A stretch of DNA of 62,311 bases, counting the filler, from Dimorphilus gyrociliatus (Eukaryota > Animalia > Annelida): the NCBI GenBank assembly GCA_904063045.1. It is 3 parts of 3 records of this genome, joined end to end, with 100 filler letters (N's around TTAATTAATTAA, not from the genome) between each part and the next. Parts side by side here need not be neighbours in the genome. Positions count along the whole stretch, not along the records: positions 1 to 30,075 come from CAJFCJ010000138.1; 2 more parts are not named here. One strand, given 5' to 3'. Below, in pieces: positions 1 through 13,173 of the stretch. Each line of letters begins with the position of its first letter. The first letter of the stretch is position 1. Both the position numbers and the translations under genes were made by a program. The notes under the pieces are model-generated. The model saw nothing but the letters and a program-made list of their open reading frames with translations. It did no database searches and had not been told where the DNA came from.

Positions 1-73
1 AATTTGGATATAAATTTGCATTAAAATTGAAATTGTAATAAATTTGGATATAAATTTGCATTAAAATTGAAAT
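1..73. repeat. 33-bp exact direct repeat, period 40 bp
   Basis: aatttggatataaatttgcattaaaattgaaat at 1-33 and 41-73. Confidence 0.9.
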
Positions 74-3000
74 ATAAGAGATTTAAAGAAGATTCTAGTA
101 AAAATTTCTTTGGTATTGAACCCTTTATACTCATTTTTATAAAATATTGCCAAACAGTTTTATTAGAAGTTTGAAACTCTTTCATTAATTTTTCATTACT
201 ATTTTTATCTGTAAATTGGCATTGATATTCAATTTTTGAAATTATATTACAGTTTGACAGGTTAGACACTGTTTGAATTGAACATAAATGTTCATCGCTT
301 CCATTCAAGCAATTCACTATACCATCACAAACTTTTTTAATAGAAATATAGCGCATTTGGCTTTTGCATTTAAAATATCCTTTTGCAATGAAATTTTCTG
401 GGGATTGGTACAGATTTTCTTAATTTTTAAAAAAGCATTTCGATTACTATAACAGATTTTTACCACAAGCGGTTTCATCATCACCAAGGTAACAATCATG
501 ATTTCCATCGCATATCTGTTCAATTGATATACAAAAGTTGTCTCTGTGGCAAAGATAATGTCTATATGGACAAGAAGTTCTCGTGCAACTTGAATTTGTT
601 AAGTATAAATCAGTTATTGATATTCCTAAAGATGTCTTGAAAAAATAGCACGAATTATTATTTGGTGTAAATATATTTCTTATTGTCTCTTCGTCATTAT
701 TGCAGTCTTTTTTCCCATCATTCTTCAGAGACATTGGTAAACAATAATTATCGCATTGCAGTTGAAAATCTTTATAACAGCCTGAATTGATGAAGAGATA
801 TGCAGATAAATAAATTTCTCATATTAGAAATCTTACTCGACTGGAATTCCTTTACTAATGACCTTTTATCAAAGCATTTTTCGTCACTTTTATCATGGCA
901 ATTCCTCTCATTATTACATACTTTATTTTTATGAATACATTTTTTGTTTTTACATTGTCTGTTGTTTTTTATTCAATTTTAATATTTTCTAAAACTTTAG
1001 TTTTAATAACTAAAATATTCTGACTTGTAATTGTTTAGACATTTTCCTCTTTCTTTTTTTTTATAAAAAAAACATATAATAAATATTTAATAAACCAACT
1101 GCAATAGATTTCATCCGATCCATCAGAACAATCATTTTGGTAGTTGCAAACTTTTAGAATGCTAACTCTTTCATTAACAAAATGACATTCAAAATATAAT
1201 TCAATTGAATAGCATTCCTTTAAATTTTCATCTTCATTTGTTAAACAATCATTTATTCCATCGCAAACATTATTTATATTTATATAAATCCCACTAAGAG
1301 GACAGAAAAAAGTATTGACAGGTATAGTGGTATTTTCCCAGTTAAACAAAATTTTGTGGTCTATTTATAGCTTTTTAAACACAAAAAATAATATTTATAA
1401 GTACAAAGTTGTAATTAAAGACTTTTGCCACAGTTCACTTAAAAAGTAGCTTCCTTGGTTAGAAGTTAGGAAGATAATGATTATATATTATTAATAAATA
1501 ATTTTATACAAGTAGGGGTTTATGTGATTTATTTAAATGACAATTTCTAGTTGGCCACTTTTTAGTAAACTCCAAAAAAGAAAATATGTTTACTTTGAAT
1601 TTTATGACAAATAATTTTCTGTTTATTTATTGAAAGACAATTTTTATATTTACGTTCTAAATTGTCATAATACCATTTCCTTTTCGTGTTCCTCGTAGGA
1701 AAGAGAAAATTTTTATTGTTTATCTACTGAAAAAAAAGAGTAAAAATTTTCAATAACAACTAATATTCTTAACTGGAACATCTAATGAAAAACATTTGAC
1801 TGTTCTTATTAACTTGAAATATTCTGGTGGAAAGTAGGTTTGTTTGTCGAATATATCTCTTGGCTATGGTAGAGAGAAAGAGAGAAAGAAGTTTTCTTCC
1901 AATCAATGTGAAAATAGACAACTTACATTTGTATTAATATAAAGTGGCATATTGAGAAATTTCCCACTAGTTGTTTGATATGTTAATTGATTATTAACAA
2001 ATTTTGAATGTAAATGTGAATAAACTAATTTTATAAATAAATTAATTAGATTTTAGAATATTTGAAAACAATGTTTTTTATCTTTACAAAATCCAGGAAA
2101 TCTTAATTTTGGATATTTCAATATAAAATTGTCATGTTCAAAATCTATATCTTTTTCGGAGAATGTTTGTACGTTTGCTAGGCCTAATACGGAGAAAATA
2201 AACATTTTATTCAACGTTGGAAAGTCTGATAATGTTAGATTAATATCTTGGCAAAAATTTTGGATATCTTCCAGACTTTTAGTACTATTATTCTTGGGAA
2301 ACTGATAATAGCAGGTATCATAGATAATTAACACCGAATCACCACCATGGCAATCTAGTTTTTATATATTAAAAATTCAGTTGTGTTTATATATTATTGC
2401 TAATATATTCAAAAATTTAAACCTTTGATAGATTTAAGATTTGAACATTCAAGATGATATAGAAAATAAATATGTAGAATTGAGGTTATTCTATTTCTAT
2501 CTTTTCTATTTAATTTTGTTGATTCAATACTAAAGTAAACATTAACTAATATTATTTAATCTATTCAATTGTATAAATGAATAAATTTACCTTTTAATAG
2601 CTTTACAATTTGAAAGGAAACTTGAATTTTTCTGACATTTAAATAAAAGGACATTTGATCAACAATTTCTTTTTCATCACTTCTACTATAATAGTTTTCA
2701 TTTTCTCTTATTAAAGTTCCATAATTAAAGCCGAATGATGAGCAAATTCGCTGAGTTACATAAATGTACAAAAGTTTAATATTGTACCAATAAATGTCTC
2801 TAATTTGGAATCTGCCAGCGAATTTATCGTAAGAATGTTTCTGACCAATGTAGAGTATTTCATTAGGATTATTATATAATCTGAATCTGTTAGCTTTTTT
2901 TAAAATATGAAAAAAAAACTCCAATGTATTTTATAATTAAAATTTAAAATTCTTTTTTTCCTCTACTTGTAGTAGCTTTTGAAATATTTTCGCAAATTGG

Positions 3001-5256
3001 ATTAACAAACAACAACTTTTCTTCATCCATCATTGGTAAACACTCTCTTAGGGCACTTTTAGCAAAATCACAATTGGACAAGTCTGTCATCTACTCATTT
3101 TTAGAATACAAAATATATATATTTTTAATTTTTAAAAGTATCAAAATGAATAACCTGCAATTTGTAATTTTGTCTAAAACAGGAATTTTCTTTGACTACC
3201 ATTGAAAAATAATCGCAAATCGTTCGACAATAAAGAAAAAATTGAATTTTATCATCTTCAGATAAAAGTGTTAAAATTGTTCCATAAGTTTTGGATTTTA
3301 TAAAATAAAACAAGTTTATGTTATTTGTAAAAGATAAAAAATATTTATCTATTTCTCTTCCTTTATTAATTTCTATAAATTCAAAATCTATATAAAAAGA
3401 AAAACATTCAAACATTTGTATGATGTTCTTTTGAATTAGAAAAAAAACACCAATAACCTTCTAATTCGTGATAAAAACAGGTATCATGTTGAAATTTTAA
3501 AGATATTTTTCTAATTAATTTTGAATTTGTCGAGTTGATAAATACATATTTCAATTTTTAATGATATTGCAGTTGCATGTAAATTTATTTGAATTATAAA
3601 ACCACCTTTTTTGCAGATTTCTTTTCTGTTATTTAAGTGAGAAAATACTTTATAATACGTGAAATTTTTCTTTAAATATAATTGAAATGAGTTTAGAGGA
3701 ACACGATCGCTAAATATTTCTGGAATTTAATGATTTCATTTCTTAATTAATCTCTCTCCTTTCCAAGGAAATATCTACTCACTCATTGTATTACATATCA
3801 GATATGTTCCATTTACATCTGTATTATTTAAAACTTGTCTAATCTAATAGAAAAAAACTACTGTAATTTATTAGAAAAAAATTATAGCTGGTTTACAGTA
3901 AGATTTTTAGACTTGTCACCATTTTGTAGAATGAGAAAATGAATGGTAGATGATAATTTTAATTAAAATGTTACAAAGTCACTAGCTATACAATCTCACT
4001 ACAAGTAGTAAACAAAAATTTGTCTGTCTATGTTAGTAATATAATATCTTTCCCAAGAGAAATTAATAAATTTCAGAACAGATTCTCTTGTTATTGTTTG
4101 CATTAAATTTATTACAAAGATGACAAATTTGTGTTGATCACTACATATATATATATATAATTACAAAAAATTTAATTAGCATTAAAAACCTTATTTAAAG
4201 AATTACACGTAAAAGAACAAGCAATTTGCTTTTTAATATTAAAAGAAAATAATAATGGCATAATTCCAAAAGATTTTGATTTCATATAAAACTTGGGAGG
4301 TATGTCTCTAGTATGCAAAAAATAGTATCTCCAATATGGACTTATGGTATTATTTACTTTTATTACAAAATCTTTATAAAAGAGAATACTATATAACTAT
4401 TTCTTTATGTTAACACAAACAAACCATTCAACTGCTTAAACAAACAATTGAGCTTTCTTGAAATATCAATATTTTCAAATTTTACATCATATTCTTTATT
4501 TGGAAAATGCAAAAGTTTAACGCCAAATGTTTTATTATATTTAAATTCTTCAGTATAAGAGAACTCATTCTGTCCACAAAGTGTCCTCTGAAGTGATGGA
4601 TGATCTTGAATGAGATAATTTCTTCTTTGTTTTCTTAAAAATAAAATATAGCTATTTATTTTATACTCTCTAGCAAAAATGTCTAAGAGAAGACGAAAAG
4701 GGGGGAAAAGGAACGAAATGAGAAAGAAATATAATCTTCAATTTATCTCTATTTCTTGCCTTACATGTAGAACTTTTTCTGAAACATTTTAAATGAAGAG
4801 CTGGATATTTTTTTGAGATAATTAATTCTTTGAAATCATAATAACTATAAAACACAAAATTAATATGTCAAGCATGTTTTGAAAGAAACAAAATTATATT
4901 ATTTACAATATACAACAAGCTGTATTTGATTGTAGTATGAGAAAATGTTTACTACTTGATAAATCTTGTATTGTTGAAAGTGAAAAAAAACTATCATATC
5001 CTAATATCTTACACGTTTGATTTGAATTATTTCGAGATAGAATTTGATAAGTTATTGCATAAGTTTTATTATCATCTGGTAATTTTACTGTTAAAATTTC
5101 TTCCACACTTATTAAATCACTTTTCGTTATTGATAAATGAAAATCATTGGAGAAAAAGGTGTTATTTGTTGAAAAACTCGATCTAATTTCTCTATGACAA
5201 ATAATGAATTGATAAAGAGAGATCCAAAACTTGAAAAAGCTACTTTTCTTTTCCAT
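1..5256 (-). CDS. GRL101/LGR-like multi-exon receptor, 5' part: signal peptide, SRCR-like and C-type-lectin-like modules, at least 6 LDLa repeats; runs off the left edge
   Basis: LDLa motifs in minus-strand exons: CPLSGIYININNVCDGINDCLTNEDE, CHFVNERVSILKVCNYQNDCSDGSDEIYC, CKNKKCIHKNKVCNNERNCHDKSDE (hand translated ~870-960), CPYRHYLCHRDNFCISIEQICDGNHDCYLGDDETAC, ISIKKVCDGIVNCLNGSDEHLC. CTL-like DTCYYQFP..QNFCQ at 2053-2334. SRCR-like RFQIR..QRICSSFGF at 2565-2924. Hydrophobic N-terminus at 5256. Same domain order as the 7TM gene at 50.8-55.4 kb. The 7TM itself lies outside the window. Confidence 0.75.
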
Positions 5257-7456
5257 ATTATAGAATAAAGGAAATTATACTAAAAGCAATAAAAGCAAAT
5301 TTTAAATACTAATTTTCTTTTTTTTCCATTGGTGATAAAATTACCAATATTTTTAACAGTAAAATAAGAAACTCTTAAAACTTAAAATTAATGTAAATCA
5401 AGTTTAAAAGTGTCTTAAATTGCCATTCAAACACTATTAAGTTGTTTCCGTTGATTTTTTAATCAAAATTTTTCTTGCATTGAAGATTCATTATTCAAAT
5501 GATAAACTTATAATTCCTGTCTCATATTTATATCCATCTCTTATAATGCCTAGTGATTGCTTTCCCTAACTTGAAGCAGAACCTACATTTTCTATTAAAA
5601 AAAGGAGTTTAAATAGAAGTAGGATTTTCTATATGAGAAAGAGAGAAAGAAGAAAGAAAGAATTGATATGAAGGGAGCAAAATGTTCATTATTCCATTTG
5701 TCAGCCAAGTAATATTTTCGATATTATTTTTTGTATTATTTGCAATTACATTCATTTTTTTATTAAATAGCCTTTGAATTACATTTGATCTCAGAAATAT
5801 TATTTATTTGGCTGTAGTTAACCTATTAGAATACAACAATGTTTTTTGTGCAGACTTTAAATTATCTCAAAATCATGTAGAAAGATTTCAAAATGTTTAT
5901 GTTGAATTGGCAATTGAACAAAGAAAAATGTCAAAGGTCAACTTGTCGTATTTCTTAGTACTCATAATCAATATAAAATTATGTAAAGCACTGAAATTGA
6001 AATATTTGGACATTATATAAAAGAGTAGATTTAGTAGGATTGATTTTTTTACGGCATGGCATAAGGAATTCCAATTGGTGACACGGTTCGACATGTGTAT
6101 TTGTGTCACAGTTTAAATAATTAAGCATATTATTCAAGTGACCGACATTCTTTGAAATATTGTTGAATAATATGATAATAATAGACAAACAAGTACCAGT
6201 TAATACTAAGTATTTGATGTAATAACAAAACATACCATCAACCACACATGAAAACGATATTTGAGCAGATGTAAATAATACAGACAAGTCTATTTTTTAG
6301 CCGTAACCATAGAAACAATATAAAAAAAATATGATTTAGATTATACATTTGTCTAATTTCTTTCTTTGAATTAAGACGCTAAGTGAAATATCTTAAAGAA
6401 AATCTCACTGCCTAATAATCTGATGCTTTCCAATATTTCACTTTATAATTACATTCCTCATTCGAGTTTGCTTATTATTCATAAATTGTTGCTGATAGTT
6501 CTATATCATCCTTATTTAAATAAAATATTTCTAATCTATTGCATGTATCTCTCTTCTTCATTTATTTCATTCCTCTTACTTTCAAAACACAACATTATTT
6601 AATAAAATTCAAGAAAATTACCAAACCTACAGCCAGAGTAGTGGTCTCGTTCAAGCAAGTATGCTGAGCGACAGCTTTAGTAATCTCTACAGGCTTTCTT
6701 TCGGACATTGTTGCCTAGTGGTCTTGAGGGGATTGATAGTTATAAAGTAATTAGTACTTTTTGAGTAAAACAGTACTAAATAGTATTTTGGGAGGTTGGA
6801 GGAAAAAATCCGAGTAGATCTAAGTTTGAACAAAGGATTAGGTAATTTCTAGTATTAGTAAAGTTGAATTTTAACAGTGCTGAACTTGTTGAAGGTCGGT
6901 TCTTCTACGGCCACAAAATAAAAGAAGGCAGTAGCCCATATAATCGTGAGTCCATGTGATTACATAGCTAAGAGATGTATTCTCGTGGTACACTAAATCA
7001 GAGACGTAATTCTTACATTATATTAATACGGTATATATCACCCTTAACCATTATAACACCTTAATTGGTCGAGATCTGGAAAGTTCTCCAAGAGAATTGG
7101 CTGTATATATTGGGTTAGGGTTAGATTAAAACACAATAAATGAATATGTGAAACATGTTTCGATTGATATTCAATGCTATTGTTCATCATTTATTATGTG
7201 TCATACTAACTCTCCTTATAATTTTCATGAAAGCTATAAAAGCTATATAGTTCTGCTCACTGTTTTTTTTTCTAAAGTTATTTCTCCTTCTCCGTAGTGC
7301 ACGTAATGAATTATTTAAACACATGATGTTAACAAATGCATTACCATTTCCATCTGAAAGAGAGTTTGTTATTCCATAATAAATATTTAAATAAGTAAGA
7401 GTTGAGATTAGATCCTTTTTACTGAATGAGTAAATGGTCGGATTTTACAGCAATCT

Positions 7457-10400
7457 ATGGATTTTAAGAACGAAACACCAATGTCAAAGAACTCTGTTAT
7501 AGAGACGGCACAAGAGAAAAATTGGACAGATTTCTCTAAAGAGACAACATTTCACGGTGTAAAGAACATCTTTGCTAGAGAAACGTCGTTATTTAGGCGA
7601 ATTGGATGGGTATTTATTATTTGTGGAGCAATTTTTTTATTCTGCTATCAAGTTGTAAGAAGAGGAATGGACTATAATAAGAAAGATGTTACAGTAAATG
7701 TTGAAGTTATATACTCAAGAACTCTTGAATTTCCATCAGTTACTGTCTGTAATCAAAATAAATTCAGGTAAATTCATATACATAGAAAAGTGAGATAGAG
7801 CCTTTTCTTGTTTCAGATAAGATTTAAATTATAGGTTTTGAGTACTGATTTATGTCACACTCTGCGTAGTTAGTTTAATCTCATATATGAATTTAGGAAT
7901 GACACTAGGTTGAATAAAACTAGGCCAATATTCATTGGGTTCTTTATGAAATATTAATATAATAATTTGTTTCTATCAAAAGGATGAGTAGTACTGTTGA
8001 ATTGGGTTTATATGAATATATCAGCAACATTTACAATTCTGGAACTAATGAAAATAGTTCGTTTTATGCAAATTTGCCTGGAAATTTTATAAATGACACA
8101 GAATTTGTCTTCAATTACACAGCGCATAGAAAAACTCATTTTATATTTGACTGTCAATGGGCTAATAAACCATGTAAATCTGAATATATTTCAAAAACTA
8201 TTACTCAGTATGGAGTATGCTATACATTCAATTCTCCCTCTGCCCTTAATCAAACCAAGGGCTTAACTATTACTGAACCCGGAATGGCTAATGCCCTCTC
8301 TATTTCGTTCAACATTGAACAATACGAACACATGCCTGGACCCTTGAACAATGCTGGTGTGAAAATACTGTTACACGATGATTACAAAAAGCCACTTATA
8401 GCTGACTTAGGATTCACAATAGCACCTGGAATGCATACACTTGTTGGAATAGAGCGAATTGAATCTTATAAGCTTAGCGATCCATATGGGGAATGTGTGA
8501 AATCAGAATACAAATCACGCGCTGAATGTATAGATTATTGTCGGTTAAGTAGGGTGGCAGCTATGTGCCACTGTATTCCATTTGACGCTATTGTCATTCT
8601 AGGAGAGGATATAAAAAATTACAAGAGATATTGTAATTTATCAGAGACATATGGATGTGTAAGAGCATCATTAGAAAAAGTACTAAATGACAAAAATATA
8701 CACTGTTCATGTTCTGTTCCTTGTTCTCAGACTATTTATGAACCTAATCTCTCATTTTCATCAATATCAGGATTTGCAGCCAAAAAGCTGTTAAATAGAA
8801 ATTCAACGAAAATGAATGATTTGAAAGAAAATTTTTATAAAATTTTAGAAATTAGAGAAAAAGATGTTAAAAATAATTTTGAAAAAAATAAAGAAATAAT
8901 CTCTGAATTTACAACAAAAATGTTTTTTGTTTTACAACAACTTGATAATTCTTTTAGAGAATTCTTAACTAATCAAGAAGATGTTAAATTGTTTGATGAT
9001 CTTTTCATAGATTTATATAATATTATGATAAACTTTGGAAAAATGGCAGATTCTTTTGATTCTTATCCAATGAGACATATTAGACAACAACTGCTTATCA
9101 AATCGAATAAGATTTATCAATACAAAACAGGCCTATTTGGACCAATTTTAATAGAGAAGAATGAAATGATAACCAATTTGGAAGACTGTATAAAAGATAT
9201 ACACAAAATGAATGAAACAATTTTTACAGTAGCCTGTAATGAATTTATGAAACATTTCAAGTTTACTGAATATAGGATACCAGTCCAAGATTTTCGTCTC
9301 TTTTGGACTGTAGCTATAAAAGACCTTCAAGATCTATTAAGTAACACAATCCAAGCGGCAAATTTAAACAAAATGCATATTAATGAAATAGAAAGAATAT
9401 TTGGCATGAATATAAGTAATTCAAAATTATCATTTAATAAAATATGTCAACCATTCTACGATAAACTGGTAGATATGGAAAAATTAATGACATTTCCTAC
9501 TGTATTTCAGAATGATAGCTTTGCTAACATTGTTACAAAGATTAATACTACAATTAAAGCATTATTAAGCATGGACAAGAATTTATATCAAATTAATAAC
9601 TTCCATAATTCATACTGTCTCCTTGAAAACAGAATATTCGCTGAGATCGATAGTAGAATTAGAGAACTTTTAATTAATTCAGAAGATATTGCTTTTGAAT
9701 TATCAGAATTTCATAAATCAACAAAATCATTTTATGACATTCATCATTTGGTTCTCACAAAAACTCAACAATTTCAATCATATCTAAAAAAAAATTCCAC
9801 TATAAAAAAAGCTTATATATCAAATTCTCTCAGTTTGAATTGTTTACTTGATAATATCAAGAGTTTAAGGAATTTCTATGAGAATATACAATCGCAAAAA
9901 TCAGAATTTCTGAATAAAATAGAAAAAATTTCCAGAAAATTATCAGTTATTGAAAGTTATATTAATCTGATATTTATGTGGCCATTTGCAGTAAAACATC
10001 CAGACAATACAGATATTAAGTACAATAATGTAGATAAGGTCTTTTCAATGATTACTAAGAAGAAAATTGAACATAATCTTGATATAAATTGTCCTAAAGA
10101 AAGTTTACAGTACTTCTTAGGAGATACTTGGAGTACTTGTTTAAAAACATTTACAAATGGAATGATTTATCATAATCTTGATTTTCCTAATATTTCTCAA
10201 AGATCATTTAATGATGTTTTAAACAAGTACAATGACCTTCAACTTTTTATGAATGAATTTGAAAAAGCTTCAAAGGTTGATAAAAATTTTTTCAGGTAAG
10301 ATTTTTAATATTTCTCCTCCTTTAGAAACATTTACAAAAATGGATATAAACAGAAGGAATTTTGCAAAAGTTGATGTTTTCTACAAAGAAATGAGCTTTC

Positions 10401-10620
10401 AGAAGATAATACAACAGGAAAAATTTGCATTTCTTTCTTTCATCTCTGAAATTGGCGGATTTTTAGGTTTGGTTTTAGGCGCTTCTGTCATAACAATTAT
10501 TGAATTTATTGATTTTTTTGCCTATAAGGTAATTTTTTTACTGGATAAAATTATCTGAAATGTTGAATCATTCTTTTTCTCCCCTTTCAGCTTACAGCAA
10601 AAATCTCTAGAAGAATTTGA
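7457..10620 (+). CDS. DEG/ENaC (ASIC/FaNaC superfamily) channel subunit, 4 exons, ~942 aa, with a very large extracellular insertion
   Basis: Exons 7457-7767, 7983-10295, 10354-10528, 10591-10620 join in phase with GT-AG. Motifs: pre-TM1 TTFHG, TM1, FPSVTVCNQN, TQYGVCYTFN, Cys-rich thumb ending CSCSVPC, TM2 EIGGFLGLVLGASVITIIEFID (GAS filter). Confidence 0.93.
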
Positions 10621-11088
10621 GAAAGCTCAAGTAGCGACACCTGATGACAGTAATTTTCAAACCAATAGAAAGATTTTGTCACAATCTTTATCTGGGGAGA
10701 AATTTATTTTAGGGAGAGGAACAAAATATGTTTTATTTAGTAGCTGGCACTACTCTAACTGTTAACTTGGCAAAAAGAAATTTTTTGAAATAACTGAGTG
10801 TGTTACAGGCAATATATATATAAATGTTGTAATTAACTACATTATTAAATAACCAATAAGCTCATTTAGTCTTTGTAATATCCATCTTAAAATTAAATAG
10901 AGAATGTGAAATGAACAGTGAAATAGGATTTCGCATGGATGATAGAGAAAACGTTATCATTAGGGGATGCTCTCTCCAACTCCAGTTTCGTATGAAAACT
11001 TCTGACCTAAAATACATGCTTGCATAAAAATTTGAAAGTAACTATTTCCTATCTACAATTTGTTATTTATTCAAAAACTGTATTCAAT

Positions 11089-13173
11089 TTAGGAAAGGAG
11101 AAATTTTTTCTGAAGAATTTTCTTAATAAGTATACCTAAAGAAAAGATATCTTCCTTCTCCAATTTATTATCCAGTAGGTGTATGTTGGTCAGTGATATG
11201 ATAACAGATTGGCCAATTACCTTCAAAAGAAGAGAAAGACTAGTCAATTAATTAATTTCTTAGATAATTTACAATTTACATCGTAGTATAAATTATTCAA
11301 TCTAAAGGATCCATTAACTGAAAGTTTTCCTTTGTGAGCCTTTGCTAATACAGTAGTAATATTTTTAACAGTTTTCAAGTACAAATAGTTTGTAAAGAAA
11401 TGTTCATCAATGCTTAATTGAACAAATTTCCTATCAGGAGTAGAGAATCTTGTGTAACCGTTAGTTTCCATTTCTATAAATACTTCTCTACTTATTATTG
11501 TTTTTAGGAGGCTAATTTGATTCTCTACCAGTTTTCAACACGTTCTCTATAGCTATGTCAATACAAGTGGCTCTGCAAAAAAGAAAAATAATAAACAGAA
11601 AATATAATAAATAATAACTAGGCCTAGGGTAATGTGTACATTTTTCGATGAATTGATTTCTTTCTCCTCAGATATCTGAAATAAATCTCCTCAACTGTTG
11701 ATAGACACGGATTGATAATTGAACTCATTGGTAAAATTAGAATTATTATTGATTTGTAATTGTCGTATGTCATTTCAATGATTCTAATTAGTGATAACAA
11801 GCCTATTTGTTGTTGTTAATTATTTTTTTGAAGAAAGATTATATTATAAGCAGGAGAAGTGTGGAGGAAGAATATAAAGAATTTCTGCCTTCTTCCTCGT
11901 CACACATTCCTATTTTAAATTTACCAATAACACTTGCCAGTATCCATATAATACTACTAAAAATCACTTGAATTGCAATACTCAATCTGAGTTTTGTTAA
12001 CATATCTTGAAAGGTAACATTTGAAAATTGCGATAACGATTTCTTGATATGATAGAACGTTGCAATATAAAGTAAACAAGATAACAGATATAATACAGAT
12101 GGCGTTACAAGAAAGAATGTAAATGAGTACATTAATTCAACAGTTACGGTATTTGTAAAAAAACTCGGAAAACAAACCGAAGTTTCTCCGTAGAAATTCT
12201 ATAGTATTAATTGTCGAAGAAAATTTGAATTTAGACTGGTTCCTATTCGAAATACTATGAAAATATTTAACCTTGAAATAAAAATAGGGAAATAGAGATA
12301 AAAAACAAGAAAAAAATATGGTTAGAACTATAGTAAAGTGTTGAATGGAACTTTGGAAAATATTTTGTAAAGGGCTAATTACAATAAAATATCTTTCTAA
12401 TGTTAGAAAGAAGAAACTGACAGCTGCTAATAATAACGAAAAACCATAGTCCATACCAAGAATGTGACAGGTGACGCTATTGCGCCAATATTCATTGTTT
12501 TCTATGTAATTTCCACTAAAATATCGATCGGCAGTTGATACAAGAAGCAGATAGATCGTCATCATCAGATTACCAATGATACAAAGCCATACGTTAGGTT
12601 GTTGTTTACTTTTGTCAGATATTAATTTTAACAGGATTAGAAAGAAATTAGCAAATAGAGAAACCATTATATATATCAATTGGAAAGATTTTATAAAATC
12701 CGACCCATTTAGACTAGTACAGGATTTTACTATTCCACTCTTCTCATTTGTCAATCTACACTTGACAGAATTTCCCATATATTGCCAAAAAATGCAACAA
12801 AAGTAAAAGTTATTGACGATAACTTGTTCAATTTCACTCATAGATTGAATCATTTTGGGTAAATGTTCAATAGGCATATTTAAATTGTACAGATTTATCT
12901 CCTTCATTTTAAATAGATGAAATACTGATTTGTCAACATCATTTAAAATGCAATTGGCCATTATTAATTTTTTCAAATATTTAAAATTCTTTAAGTATAT
13001 CTCTTTAATGTGATTAATTTTCGAATAAGAAATGTCAAGGTAAATTAATTGAGTAGTTTTCAACTGTTGTAAAAAACTCAATGACAATACACGATTCTTT
13101 GGTAGCAGTAGAGTTTGTAAAAGTTTTAAAGGCCTATTCAAAAATTTTGCACTATTCGCCAATTGAGCAACAA
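11089..13173 (-). CDS. LGR-type (RXFP/GRL101-like) LRR-7TM GPCR with a spliced pseudokinase-like C-tail
   Basis: LRRs (LIYLDISYSKI, LKKLIMANC), hinge FYFCC, TM3 LTLERY, ECL1 ENNEYWRNSVTC, TM5-6 at 11839-12132, TM7 exon 11640-11802 (LPMSSIINPCL). Tail exons 11529-11572, 11280-11473, 11089-11220 ending EKEDIFSLGILIKKIL. True 5' end unresolved; a signal-peptide-like frame lies near 13270-13360. Confidence 0.85.

Noticed and set aside
7110-7125. GGGTTAGGGTTAG as an interstitial telomere
   Set aside because: Only two units, and similar motifs recur inside short repeats.
7457-10620. Assignment as FaNaC, ASIC or a specific ENaC orthologue
   Set aside because: The superfamily motifs are clear, but orthology cannot be decided without a phylogeny.
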